Assembly (NCBI GenBank): GCA_037721765.1
Contig: JBBJOE010000002.1
Span: 1-46,922 of the forward strand
Source: Thermomicrobiales bacterium
Lineage (GTDB): Bacteria > Chloroflexota > Chloroflexia > Thermomicrobiales > UBA6265
Length of the DNA stretch: 46,922 bases
Direction of reading: 5' to 3'
Shown: piece after piece, positions 27,101 to 35,839 of the stretch
Position numbering within the stretch: position 1 is the stretch's first letter
How the letters are laid out: each line of letters starts with the position of its first letter
Position numbers and translations under genes: made by a program
The notes under the pieces: generated by a model
Database searches by the model: none
What the model was told of the DNA's origin: nothing
What the model saw: only the letters and a program-made list of their open reading frames with translations

Positions 27101-27218
27101 CCCGGTGCACCACACCGACGTGATGATCGGGACCGTCCCGGCGTGCCAGCCCGGGACAGGTCTTCGTCGCATACGACCCAGCAACCCCTCACGGACCGTG
27201 GGGGACGGAGTGGCGAGA

Positions 27219-28067
27219 GTGAGCACGTCCCATGCGGACGCCCCGGCGATGGTGGTCGGCGATTCGAAACCAGCAGCGGTTCGCGTCGGTCCCATTATGG
27301 CAATCGGGGGAGCCGAAGACAAACTCGATGACAAGGTGATCCTGTCCACGTTCCTGCAGATCAGCGGGGGCAGCCAGGCCAGGATCGCGATCGTGCCGAC
27401 CGCCTCTTCGATCGAGGCGGCGGGGGAGCGGTACAAGGCCCTCTTCCTCGGGATGGGTGCCGACTCGGCCGAGGTCACCTTCTTCGGCAACCGGGCCGAT
27501 GCCCAGCGATCGAGCCTGCTGGCCGCGCTCGACCGGGCGACCGGCATCTTCCTCACCGGCGGCAACCAACTCCGCCTGTCGTCCATCCTGGGCGGCACCC
27601 CGGCGGCCGAGATCATCCGGCGGCGCAACGCCGAGGGTGCGACGGTGGGAGGCACGAGTGCCGGGGCCTCGATCCTCTCGTCGCACATGGTCGCCTATGG
27701 CGCCAGCGGCAACGCCCCCAAGCAGCGGATGGCCCAGATGGTCGCGGGGTTCGGCCTCGTCCCCGACGTGATCATCGACCAGCACTTCCGCCAGCGCGAC
27801 CGGATCGGTCGCCTCCTGACCCTCGTCGCGTCCAACCCCCGCCTGCTCGGCGTCGGCGTGGACGAGGACACGGCCGTCCTGATCGAGGGACTGGACGTGA
27901 TGGAGGTGATCGGCCGGCACAGCGTCACGGTGGTCGATGGGCGGAGCATGGAGTCGAATATCCACCAGGTGAAGCGCTACGGCGAGATCTCGGTGACCGG
28001 CGCCACGCTGCACATGCTGACCGCGGGCCGTCGCTTCGACCTCTCGACCCGAACCGTGGTCGATTAG
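27219..28067 (+). CDS. cphB: cyanophycinase (peptidase S51), intracellular CphB type (no signal peptide seen)
   Basis: Track ORF 26910..28067 overlaps the divergent gene. Trimmed to the in-frame GTG at 27219 (GGAG 9 nt upstream); ATG 27249 is an alternative. Blocks: IMAIGGAEDK, IAIVPTASS, IFLTGGNQ, GGTSAGASI (catalytic Ser), DQHF.QRDR.GRL. Confidence 0.9.
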   Translation: MSTSHADAPAMVVGDSKPAAVRVGPIMAIGGAEDKLDDKVILSTFLQISGGSQARIAIVPTASSIEAAGERYKALFLGMGADSAEVTFFGNRADAQRSSLLAALDRATGIFLTGGNQLRLSSILGGTPAAEIIRRRNAEGATVGGTSAGASILSSHMVAYGASGNAPKQRMAQMVAGFGLVPDVIIDQHFRQRDRIGRLLTLVASNPRLLGVGVDEDTAVLIEGLDVMEVIGRHSVTVVDGRSMESNIHQVKRYGEISVTGATLHMLTAGRRFDLSTRTVVD

Positions 28068-28166
28068 GCCGAACCTGATCCCCGCGTTATGATCCTTCCC
28101 CGCCCTGGCGCGGGAGAAATCACCTGACCGCCGAGACCACCCGGGACGACGTAGGGGAATCTGCCG

Positions 28167-30821
28167 ATGTTGACCATCCGGAGCACCAATATCTTGCGCG
28201 GCCCGAACATCTGGGCCCGGACCCCGGTCATTCACCACCTTGTGGACCTCGGTGAACTTGAGGATCGCCCGAGCAACAAGATCCCCGGGTTCTACGAGCA
28301 ATTGACGGAAATGATGCCGTCGCTCTACGACCACGCCTGCTCCGTCGGCCGGCCGGGCGGCTTCCTGCAACGGTTGCGGGAGGGCACCTGGATGGGTCAC
28401 GTCATGGAACACGTCGCCCTCGAACTCCAGAACTTGTCCGGCGCCGAGGTCCGGCGCGGCCTGACGCGGGGTTCGAGCGAGCGGGGCGTCTACAACGTCG
28501 TCTTCCAGTTCGACCAGGAGGACGTCGGCCTGGCGGCGGGACACCTCGCGGTCCGCATCCTCGACCACGCCATCTACGGCGCCGAACCCGACTTCGACTA
28601 CACCCACGAACTCGAAGAGCGGGTCATCAAGGTCGCCCAGCGCCTAGCCTACGGACCATCGACCGGAGCCATCGTCAGCGAGGCCGAGCGGCGCGGCATC
28701 CCCGTCCTCCGGCTCGATCCCAAGCGGTCGCTCGTCCAACTCGGACACGGCAGATACCAGGAGCGGATCTGGGCCACGGTCACCTCCCGGACGGCCAACA
28801 TCTCGGTCGACATCGCCAGCAACAAGGAGCTGACGAATCGCCTGCTGCACGAGGTCGGCATCCCCGTCCCCCGTGCCATGGTGACCGGGACCGAGGACGG
28901 CGCCGTGCGGGCCGCCGAGCGGATCGGCTACCCCGTCGTTCTCAAACCGCTCGACGGAAACCACGGCCGGGGCGTCTGCGTCAACTTAGCCGGCGAGGCC
29001 CAGGTCCGGGAGTTCTTTCCGGTCGCGATGGCCGAGAGCCGGGACGGCACCATCGTGGTCGAGACCTTCATCACCGGCAAGGACTTCCGCATCCTGGTCG
29101 TCCACAATCACGTCGTCGCCGTCGCCGAGCGCGTCCCCGCCCACGTCGTCGGCGACGGCACGCGCTCGATCGCCGAACTCGTCGACCTCGCCACCGCCGA
29201 CCCCCGACGCGGCGTGGGCCACGAGAAGATCCTGACCCGCATCTCGATCGACGCCCAGACGATGGAGGTCCTAGAGCGCCAGGGTCTCACCGTCGGCCAC
29301 ATCCCGGTGGCCGACGAGGTCATCACGCTCAAGTTGACCGGCAACATGAGCACCGGCGGCACCTCGATCGACCGCACCGACGACATCCACCCCGACAATG
29401 TCGAGATCGCCCGCCAGGCGGCAATGGTGGTCGGCCTCGACATCGCCGGCATCGACTTCATCACCAGCGACATCTCGCAGTCGGTCCGCAACACCGGCGG
29501 CGCGATCTGCGAGGTCAACGCCGGTCCCGGCTTCCGGATGCACACCAACCCGACCGAGGGACACCCCCGCCACGTCGGCCGGGCCGTGGTCGATATGCTC
29601 TTCCCCTCGGGCGCCCCCTCCCGGGTCCCGATCGTCGCCGTCACCGGGACCAATGGCAAGACCACCACGTCCAGGATGATCGCCCACATCCTGAAATTGT
29701 CCGGGCGCCGCGTCGGCCTGACGACGACGGACGGCATCTACATCGACGGCACCCAGATCATGGCCGGGGACACCAGCGGCCCGACCAGCGCCCAGATGGT
29801 GCTGAAGAACCCCTCCGTCGATTTCGCGGTGCTGGAGACCGCCCGGGGCGGCATCTTGCGCTCCGGCCTCGGGTACGACCGCTGCGACATCGCCGTCGTC
29901 ACAAACGTCGCCGGCGACCATCTCGGCCTGCGAGGCGTGGACACCCTGGCGGACCTGGCCCGGGTCAAGGCGGTCGTTCCCCAGTCGGTGCTGCGGGACG
30001 GTGCCAGCGTGCTGAACGCCGACAACGAGTGGACGGTGGAGATGGCCCGACGGGCCCGGGGCGAGATCGTCTTCTTCAGCCTCGACGACGACAACCCCGT
30101 CATCCGCGAGCACCTGCGCGAGCGGGGCCGGGCCGTCGTCCTGAAGCAGACTCGCCAGGGCGAGATGCTGACGATGATGGAACACCGGCGCGAGACCAGC
30201 CTGCTGCTCGCCCACCAGATCCCGGCGACATTCGAGGGCCGACTGAGAGTCAACATCGCGAACGCCATGGCCGCCGCCGCCGCCGCCTTCGCGGCCGATG
30301 TCCAATTGGAACATATCCGCAATGCGCTCCGGAGCTTCACGACCAACTTCTACCAGACCCCGGGTCGATTCAACATGCTGGAGTCAAACGGCCGCAAGGT
30401 GCTGATCGACTACTGCCACAATGTCGCCGGTCTGGAATCGCTGGCCGACTTCGTTCGCCGGACAGACCCGGCTCGCACGGTGGCGGTGATCGCCATGCCG
30501 GGCGACCGCAGCGACGGCGACGCCGATGCCTTCGGCCGCCTGGCCGCCAAGACGTTCTCGGAGATCGTGATCCGGGAGGATTCCAACCCGCGGGGACGGG
30601 CCCGGGGCGAGATGGCCGGGCTCCTGCGGGAGGCGGTCGTCGAGGGCGGCATGGCCGCGGACGCCATCACGATCGTCACCGACGAGATCGAGGCGTGTCG
30701 CGTGGCCATCGAGCGCGCGGGTCGTGACGACTTGGTGATCCTCATGGTCGACCGGCCGCAATTGGTCTGGTCCACCCTGACCGACCCGGACTCGGTCACC
30801 GCGGCCAGAGCCGTGAATTGA
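28167..30821 (+). CDS. cphA: cyanophycin synthetase (full-length N + ATP-grasp G + Mur-ligase M domains)
   Basis: 884 aa. N-domain (LRGPNIW...MEHVALELQ). ATP-grasp (IGYPVVLKPLDGNHGRGV...ITGKDFRILVV). Mur-ligase P-loop (VAVTGTNGKTTTSRM) and C-terminal domain. AGGGGA RBS. Confidence 0.95.
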   Translation: MLTIRSTNILRGPNIWARTPVIHHLVDLGELEDRPSNKIPGFYEQLTEMMPSLYDHACSVGRPGGFLQRLREGTWMGHVMEHVALELQNLSGAEVRRGLTRGSSERGVYNVVFQFDQEDVGLAAGHLAVRILDHAIYGAEPDFDYTHELEERVIKVAQRLAYGPSTGAIVSEAERRGIPVLRLDPKRSLVQLGHGRYQERIWATVTSRTANISVDIASNKELTNRLLHEVGIPVPRAMVTGTEDGAVRAAERIGYPVVLKPLDGNHGRGVCVNLAGEAQVREFFPVAMAESRDGTIVVETFITGKDFRILVVHNHVVAVAERVPAHVVGDGTRSIAELVDLATADPRRGVGHEKILTRISIDAQTMEVLERQGLTVGHIPVADEVITLKLTGNMSTGGTSIDRTDDIHPDNVEIARQAAMVVGLDIAGIDFITSDISQSVRNTGGAICEVNAGPGFRMHTNPTEGHPRHVGRAVVDMLFPSGAPSRVPIVAVTGTNGKTTTSRMIAHILKLSGRRVGLTTTDGIYIDGTQIMAGDTSGPTSAQMVLKNPSVDFAVLETARGGILRSGLGYDRCDIAVVTNVAGDHLGLRGVDTLADLARVKAVVPQSVLRDGASVLNADNEWTVEMARRARGEIVFFSLDDDNPVIREHLRERGRAVVLKQTRQGEMLTMMEHRRETSLLLAHQIPATFEGRLRVNIANAMAAAAAAFAADVQLEHIRNALRSFTTNFYQTPGRFNMLESNGRKVLIDYCHNVAGLESLADFVRRTDPARTVAVIAMPGDRSDGDADAFGRLAAKTFSEIVIREDSNPRGRARGEMAGLLREAVVEGGMAADAITIVTDEIEACRVAIERAGRDDLVILMVDRPQLVWSTLTDPDSVTAARAVN

Positions 30822-30934
30822 GCCGCGCGGACCACATCCGTTCCCGGGGGCAGCGGATGATCGCATGGGACGCGGTTCGAGACATCGTTTGAGTTCAAGG
30901 AAAAGCCACGGGTTGGTTTTGACCTCACGATTGG

Positions 30935-32608
30935 TCAGATCGGCGTACCGATCAGGGAGAGCCGAGCCCGTAGGTCGTCGCCGCCCTCGATGCACATCAT
31001 CGCGATGACGTCGCCCGGCCGGGCGGATTTCAAGAATATGTCCAGCGCCTCCGATTCCGTATCGACCGGAGTCGCCATCTCTTGACCACCCTCCTCGATG
31101 CCCTGCCGGAAGTGGCGCTCCATCTCGCCCGGCTCGCGGCCCCGCAGGTAGCGGTGCGTCCGCTTGACGAGAACCCGGTCGGCGCCGGTCGCCGCGATCC
31201 GGCCCAGGCCGACCAGTGTCTCGTCGGGGCGGTCCCCGGCCGTGCTGATCAGGGAGAGGAGGCGACCCTCCGGCCCGGCGAACGTGCGGGCGAAGGACAA
31301 CAGGTACCGGAGCCCCACCTCGTTGTGCGCGTAGTCGGAGATGACGGTCACGCCCGCGACGTCATAGGCGTTGAGGCGGCCGGGATTGGTGTCGGCCGCG
31401 TTCCGGAACGCTCTCAACCCCGCGGCGACCTGCTCCATCGTGAGGCCCAGCGCGAGGCAGGCGGCAGCACCGGCGAGGGCATTCTCGATCATGTGGGCGG
31501 CCCGGCCGCCGAAGGTCATCGGGACATCGGCCAACCCGATCAGGTCGTTCTCCCGGTTACCCCTGACGTGAACGAGCCGCCCGTCACGAACCACCACCGC
31601 CTCGCCGCCCGCCAGGACGTGGGCGGTGACGAACGCGTTCTCGGGAATCCGTGAGAACAGGCAAACCGAGGCGCGGACCGCCGATGCCAGTGTCTGCACC
31701 AGCGGGTCGTCGGCGTTGAGGACCACCGTGCCGCTCGAGCGGGTCGTCCTCGGCACGACCGCCTTCACTCGAAGCAAGCCCTCGATCGTCATCACGCCGT
31801 GCTGGCCAAGGTGATCCGCGGAGACATTGGTGACCACGGCCACGTCGTTGCTCTCGTAGGCCACGCCGCGCTGCAGTATGCCGCCCCGGGCGGTCTCCAG
31901 TACCGCCACCTCGACATCCGGGTGGTCCAGCACCCTGCGGGCCCCCCGGATGCCGGTCCAGTCTCCGGCGACGAGTTCGTCGCCGTTGACGTGGACACCC
32001 GTCGTCGAGGTCCACCCGACTCCCGTCCCGGTCGCGGCCAGGACCGAGGCGATCAACCGGGTAGTGGTCGTCTTACCGTTCGTGCCGGTGATCGCGACGA
32101 TCCGCTTTCGACGGTTCTGGTCGTGAACGACGAGCGGCGCGTCATGTGGTTCGGGTGCCGACGCCATGATCGCCGCCAACCGCGAGACGACCTGATCATG
32201 GTCGACGGGCTCGCCGGAGACCAGCGCCGCGATCGACTCGGCCACCGCCACGCCGGCACGGCGATGTCGCCAGCCGAAGGCCATGGTGACGTGGCCAGAT
32301 TCTTCCATGCGTTCCCACCTGGCATTGGGCGCCGGGACACCCGTGCGCTGGTGGAGCAGGTCGATGACCTGGATCAACGCGTCAAACGTCGCCGCGATCG
32401 GGTCGGGGTCGTCCCGGTCACGGTCGTCCTCGGGCTCGGCATCGTCCCCATCGAGCCCGGAGACTCCCCAGTGCTCGAGTCTCTGGAGCAGGCCCCGCGC
32501 GGCATCCCACGTGGCATCGACGGCTGTCACCTCGACTTCGACCTTGATGGCCGGTTCGAGGAGGAATACGTTTGGCCCGTCAAGCTCGCGGATCTCGACC
32601 AATCTCAC
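30935..32608 (-). CDS. cyanophycin synthetase-like protein lacking the ATP-grasp domain (N-domain fused directly to a Mur-ligase M domain; CphA2-like or novel)
   Basis: GTG start at 32608 with a GAGGGGG RBS. MRLVEIRELDGPNVF N-domain. From about residue 170, RIVAITGTNGKTTTTRLIASVL. Shares blocks with the CphA1 M domain: AVLETARGGIL, VVTNV.ADHLG, RVKAVVP, VLNADD, NPGR.N, DY.HN. Confidence 0.8.
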   Translation of the reverse strand: MRLVEIRELDGPNVFLLEPAIKVEVEVTAVDATWDAARGLLQRLEHWGVSGLDGDDAEPEDDRDRDDPDPIAATFDALIQVIDLLHQRTGVPAPNARWERMEESGHVTMAFGWRHRRAGVAVAESIAALVSGEPVDHDQVVSRLAAIMASAPEPHDAPLVVHDQNRRKRIVAITGTNGKTTTTRLIASVLAATGTGVGWTSTTGVHVNGDELVAGDWTGIRGARRVLDHPDVEVAVLETARGGILQRGVAYESNDVAVVTNVSADHLGQHGVMTIEGLLRVKAVVPRTTRSSGTVVLNADDPLVQTLASAVRASVCLFSRIPENAFVTAHVLAGGEAVVVRDGRLVHVRGNRENDLIGLADVPMTFGGRAAHMIENALAGAAACLALGLTMEQVAAGLRAFRNAADTNPGRLNAYDVAGVTVISDYAHNEVGLRYLLSFARTFAGPEGRLLSLISTAGDRPDETLVGLGRIAATGADRVLVKRTHRYLRGREPGEMERHFRQGIEEGGQEMATPVDTESEALDIFLKSARPGDVIAMMCIEGGDDLRARLSLIGTPI

Positions 32609-32751
32609 CGCGGTGCCCCCTCACGGCTCACTGGCTCCCAGGCCCGCGAACGCGGCCTGGAGAACGCACCGGGGCATGGTCGCACACCCATGGGGCAAGG
32701 ACGCACGAGGTGGACCATCGCAGGTCGCAACGACGGTTCGGGCGGCCATCG

Positions 32752-33762
32752 TCAGCCAAGGGAGGAGAGCAAGACCGCCACCGTGTTGTAGAGGGCGTGG
32801 GTGATGATCGCCGCCGTGGTGCCGTAGCGCTTGCGCTCGATGCCGAGGAGCACGCCGACACCGAACAGGCCGACGATGGTCCACGAGAATCCGTATTGGG
32901 TGTGGAGCAATGCGAAGAGGGCGGAGGTCAAGAGGATGCCGAAGCGGGGCTGCAACGCGCCGCGGAGCAAGAGTTCCTCGCCCACCCCGGCACTGATCCC
33001 GATCGCCAGCGCCCCGACCGGATTTTGAAAAGTGCCGAGCGACTCGCTCATCACTTCGTCGATGTCCTCGGTCAGGCCAGGCTGGAACACTTGCGTCAAG
33101 ATGCCACCGAAGGCCGAGGCGACGAACCCGAGCACCAAGAAGCCGACCGCGATGCCCAGGGTCTTGATCGTCGGTCTCCGCAACCCGAGTCGGGCGGACG
33201 CATCCGAGAAGCCGCGCTCGACCCAGAGGCCGACCGCCGCGTAGGAAACGCCGACCAGCAGGACGGCCTGGGCGATCAACTGGACATAGGTGATCTCACT
33301 GGCTTGGGCCCCGGTGACGTCCTCACCGATATTGATCAGGGTGATGACGAAGAAGAGGACCGTCGCCAGCATCACGGCCAACCCGACCATGTGGACTGGC
33401 GAACCGGGATCAATGGGCACGACCCGTGCGGCAAGCGCGCGGAACCGGCTGACGAGCGGCAGCACCAGCGCGAGGCCGATCGTCGTCAGCGTCAGGCCAT
33501 CGATATTCCCCGAGACGAGGAACGCCGCCCCCGCCACCAACAGCAAGATGCCCGGCAGGCCGAGTAATAGATAGAGACCCACCCGGGCCGAGCGGTCGTG
33601 CCGGGCGTGGTAGACCCAGAAGGAGAGTCCGAACGCGACCGCGATCAGACCGATGACGATCCCGACGACGATGATATCGGCCAACCGTGTTATCCCATCC
33701 CGCGAGTGACCAGGCGGAACACCCGGGTCATGGCGTCGATCGCCGAGGGCGACCCAATGCAC
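32752..33762 (-). CDS. CPBP family intramembrane glutamic endopeptidase (CAAX protease/Abi)
   Basis: Multiple TM helices. Motifs GEELLLRG, FALLH and THALYN near the C-terminus. Confidence 0.85.
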   Translation of the reverse strand: MHWVALGDRRHDPGVPPGHSRDGITRLADIIVVGIVIGLIAVAFGLSFWVYHARHDRSARVGLYLLLGLPGILLLVAGAAFLVSGNIDGLTLTTIGLALVLPLVSRFRALAARVVPIDPGSPVHMVGLAVMLATVLFFVITLINIGEDVTGAQASEITYVQLIAQAVLLVGVSYAAVGLWVERGFSDASARLGLRRPTIKTLGIAVGFLVLGFVASAFGGILTQVFQPGLTEDIDEVMSESLGTFQNPVGALAIGISAGVGEELLLRGALQPRFGILLTSALFALLHTQYGFSWTIVGLFGVGVLLGIERKRYGTTAAIITHALYNTVAVLLSSLG

Positions 33763-33790
33763 CTGGCTGACCCCGGCGTCAATGAATGTC

Positions 33791-33798
33791 AGTATACG
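33791..33798. promoter_or_regulatory. palindromic GTATAC core giving TATACT on the minus strand (CPBP gene) and TATACG on the plus strand (parB)
   Basis: AGTATACG at 33791-33798, in the divergent spacer between the CPBP start (33762) and parB. The minus-strand reading matches the hexamer recurring at other promoters in this window. Confidence 0.35.
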
Positions 33799-33902
33799 TG
33801 GGCGTCCGGCCCGGACCCGTTCCCGGGCGGTGGTGCCGGACCGGGCCGGTGGTAAGCTTATGGAACCTGATGGACGATAGGGGCGCCGATGGGGGGCAGA
33901 CG

Positions 33903-34850
33903 ATGGACGAGCGGAACCCCACGCGGCCGCGGCCAGAGCAGCGAAGCGAACCCCCGGCGGGCGGGCGGCGGGGCGGGCTCGGGCGCGGCCTCAGTTCGCT
34001 GATCCCGACCGCCCCGGCCCCGGCAGCCGCCCCGGCGGCCAGCGCCGGACCCCTCTCGGTGCCGATCGATGCGGTCGAACCCAACCCCTACCAACCCAGG
34101 GGCACGATGAACCCCGACCATCTCCAGACCCTCGCGGAGTCGATCCGCCAACACGGCATCGTTCAACCCCTGATCGTCACTCGCTCCCCCGAACCGGACC
34201 GCTACGTGTTGATCGCCGGCGAGCGACGCTGGCGCGCGGCGCGGCTGGCCGGGCTGACCGAAGTCCCGGTCGTGGTCCAGGACTCGTCGCCCCAGCACAT
34301 GCTGGAATTGGCCCTGGTGGAGAACGTCGTCCGGGCCGACCTCTCGCCGCTCGAGGAAGCGTCCGCCTACCGGCAACTGATCGAGGAATTCGGCCTGACC
34401 CAGGCCTCGGTCGCCCAGCGAGTCGGCCGATCCCGGGTCAGCGTCACCAATACCCTCCGCCTCCTCGCCGCCCCGGATGGCATCCAGGCCGCGCTGGCGG
34501 GCGGCGAGATCACCGAGGGCCACGCCAGGGCGCTGCTCGGCCTGGGCACCAGCGCCGACCAACTCGTCGGCCTGCGACATGTCATCGACCGGGGACTCTC
34601 CGTCCGGCAGACGGAAGAGATGGTCCGGCGATGGCTGGACAGCGACACGGCCGGGCCCCGGGCCGATCAGCCGGCCGGCCGGGACGTCGAAGAGCTCCGC
34701 CTCGAGGACCGCTTCCGGGGAGCCCTGAATACCAAGGTCGCTTTCAAGCGCCGTGGTCCAGGCAAGGGCGGCACCCTGACGATCCAATACTTCTCCGACG
34801 AGGAGTTGGACGCGCTCTACCGGCGCTTGAACGGCGAGGACATCTGGTAG
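33903..34850 (+). CDS. parB: ParB/Spo0J family partition protein
   Basis: Track ORF 33786..34850. The likely start is ATG 33903 (G-rich RBS) or 33870. Blocks: IDAVEPNPYQPR, IRQHGIVQPLIV, LIAGERRWRAARLAGL, HTH region QASVAQRVGRSRVSVTNTLRLL. Confidence 0.9.
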   Translation: MDERNPTRPRPEQRSEPPAGGRRGGLGRGLSSLIPTAPAPAAAPAASAGPLSVPIDAVEPNPYQPRGTMNPDHLQTLAESIRQHGIVQPLIVTRSPEPDRYVLIAGERRWRAARLAGLTEVPVVVQDSSPQHMLELALVENVVRADLSPLEEASAYRQLIEEFGLTQASVAQRVGRSRVSVTNTLRLLAAPDGIQAALAGGEITEGHARALLGLGTSADQLVGLRHVIDRGLSVRQTEEMVRRWLDSDTAGPRADQPAGRDVEELRLEDRFRGALNTKVAFKRRGPGKGGTLTIQYFSDEELDALYRRLNGEDIW

Positions 34851-34912
34851 GGAGACACGCGCGTTCCCGCGACTGGCCAGTGTCACCTCCTCCCATGCCA
34901 TCGCCCCGGTGA

Positions 34913-35839
34913 TCAGGTCTCCTCGCCGCACGGGAGCCGATCGCCATCGATGTCTTCGACCGCGAAGAGGACCTCCCCGGTCACCGCGTCGACGCGGACG
35001 AGAAGGGCCAGGTTATCTCCGGCGCCGCCGTCCTGATACGTGACGAGCCACGTTGGGTTCGAGGACTCCCGGGCGGCCGGCACCGGCGTCACGATGGCCG
35101 GCGGTTCCGCGGTGGGGGTGGCCACGACCATTGGGGTGACCATGGCCGGGCTCTCGCCGACGGCGGCGGGAGCGGTGGCGACGGTAGTCGAGGTTGGCTG
35201 GACCGGGAGATCCGGTGGGTCTGGAAGGCGGGCAAAGTCGGGTGTCGGCGCGAGCTGGAGACCGCCCGCACGTGCCATCTCGTCGGGTGGCAGATTCAGC
35301 GTGATCACGGTCTGGGATCGGGAGCCGGGGCACTCCGACCGGAAGGCCGTCCCGCCTGCTTCCTCGGCCGACCGTAGGGCCTCACCTGAGCTGACGGGGA
35401 AGGAGGCCAGCGGCAGGGTCGCCGCACCGGTCGACGGCCAGGGGATCTCCTCCGCCACGATGACCTCGCCGGTATAGCGCTCGACCTCCATCGCCAGGGC
35501 CCGGTTCACCCCGTCCTCGTCGGGGGCCATCACGACGAACGTCAGCCACCCGCCCGGCGGCAAGACCACGGGTTCTACGGCGGAACCGTCCAACGGCCAA
35601 TCGTACTGGGCGCTGGCGAATATCAGCCGAGCGTCCGGGTCCCAGGCCGTCGCCTGGCGCCGGACCACGTTCCCGGCTAACTCGAGCGTCAGGCCGCCCT
35701 CGTCGGGGATCCGGACATCGGGCTGATCGATGATGACGATCGCGGCGCTCGTCCGGTCATCCCACCACCGCGCGGCCAGTAGGCCGGCCAGACCGATCTG
35801 GATCCCCAGCAACATCGTGATCAACAGGCGAACCTTCAC
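34913..35839 (-). CDS. membrane-anchored hypothetical protein with PepSY-like repeats and a Pro/Thr/Ala-rich linker
   Basis: N-terminal TM MKVRLLITMLLGIQIGLAGLLAARWW. Two ...tGEV(i/l)... ends resembling PepSY (LAMEVERYTGEVIVAEE; LLVRVDAVTGEVLFAVE). The domain call is a weak by-eye assignment. Confidence 0.6.
   Translation of the reverse strand: MKVRLLITMLLGIQIGLAGLLAARWWDDRTSAAIVIIDQPDVRIPDEGGLTLELAGNVVRRQATAWDPDARLIFASAQYDWPLDGSAVEPVVLPPGGWLTFVVMAPDEDGVNRALAMEVERYTGEVIVAEEIPWPSTGAATLPLASFPVSSGEALRSAEEAGGTAFRSECPGSRSQTVITLNLPPDEMARAGGLQLAPTPDFARLPDPPDLPVQPTSTTVATAPAAVGESPAMVTPMVVATPTAEPPAIVTPVPAARESSNPTWLVTYQDGGAGDNLALLVRVDAVTGEVLFAVEDIDGDRLPCGEET

Noticed and set aside
26910-27218. Long N-terminal extensions offered by the ORF track (cphB from 26910; also anmK from 8605, sdhA from 1084, the MA-like peptidase from 38468, gcvPB from 45230, the dehydrogenase from 14697, and the M20 from 22319)
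   Set aside because: The extensions overlap neighbouring genes or promoters, are Arg/Pro-rich, and precede internal start codons that have good RBSs and align with family N-termini.
27189-28607. 472-aa ORF antisense to cphB and the start of cphA (similarly 29271..30314 and 29738..30346 inside cphA)
   Set aside because: Antisense to genes with unmistakable family motifs. The products are low-complexity and Arg/Asp/Gly-rich.
30822-30934. tRNA-like GGTTCGAG and a slightly AT-richer spacer between the convergent cphA genes
   Set aside because: No acceptor, D or anticodon arms can be drawn around the T-arm-like hexamer. The only hairpin is weak (CATCCG-13 nt-CGGATG). It is most simply a convergent terminator spacer.
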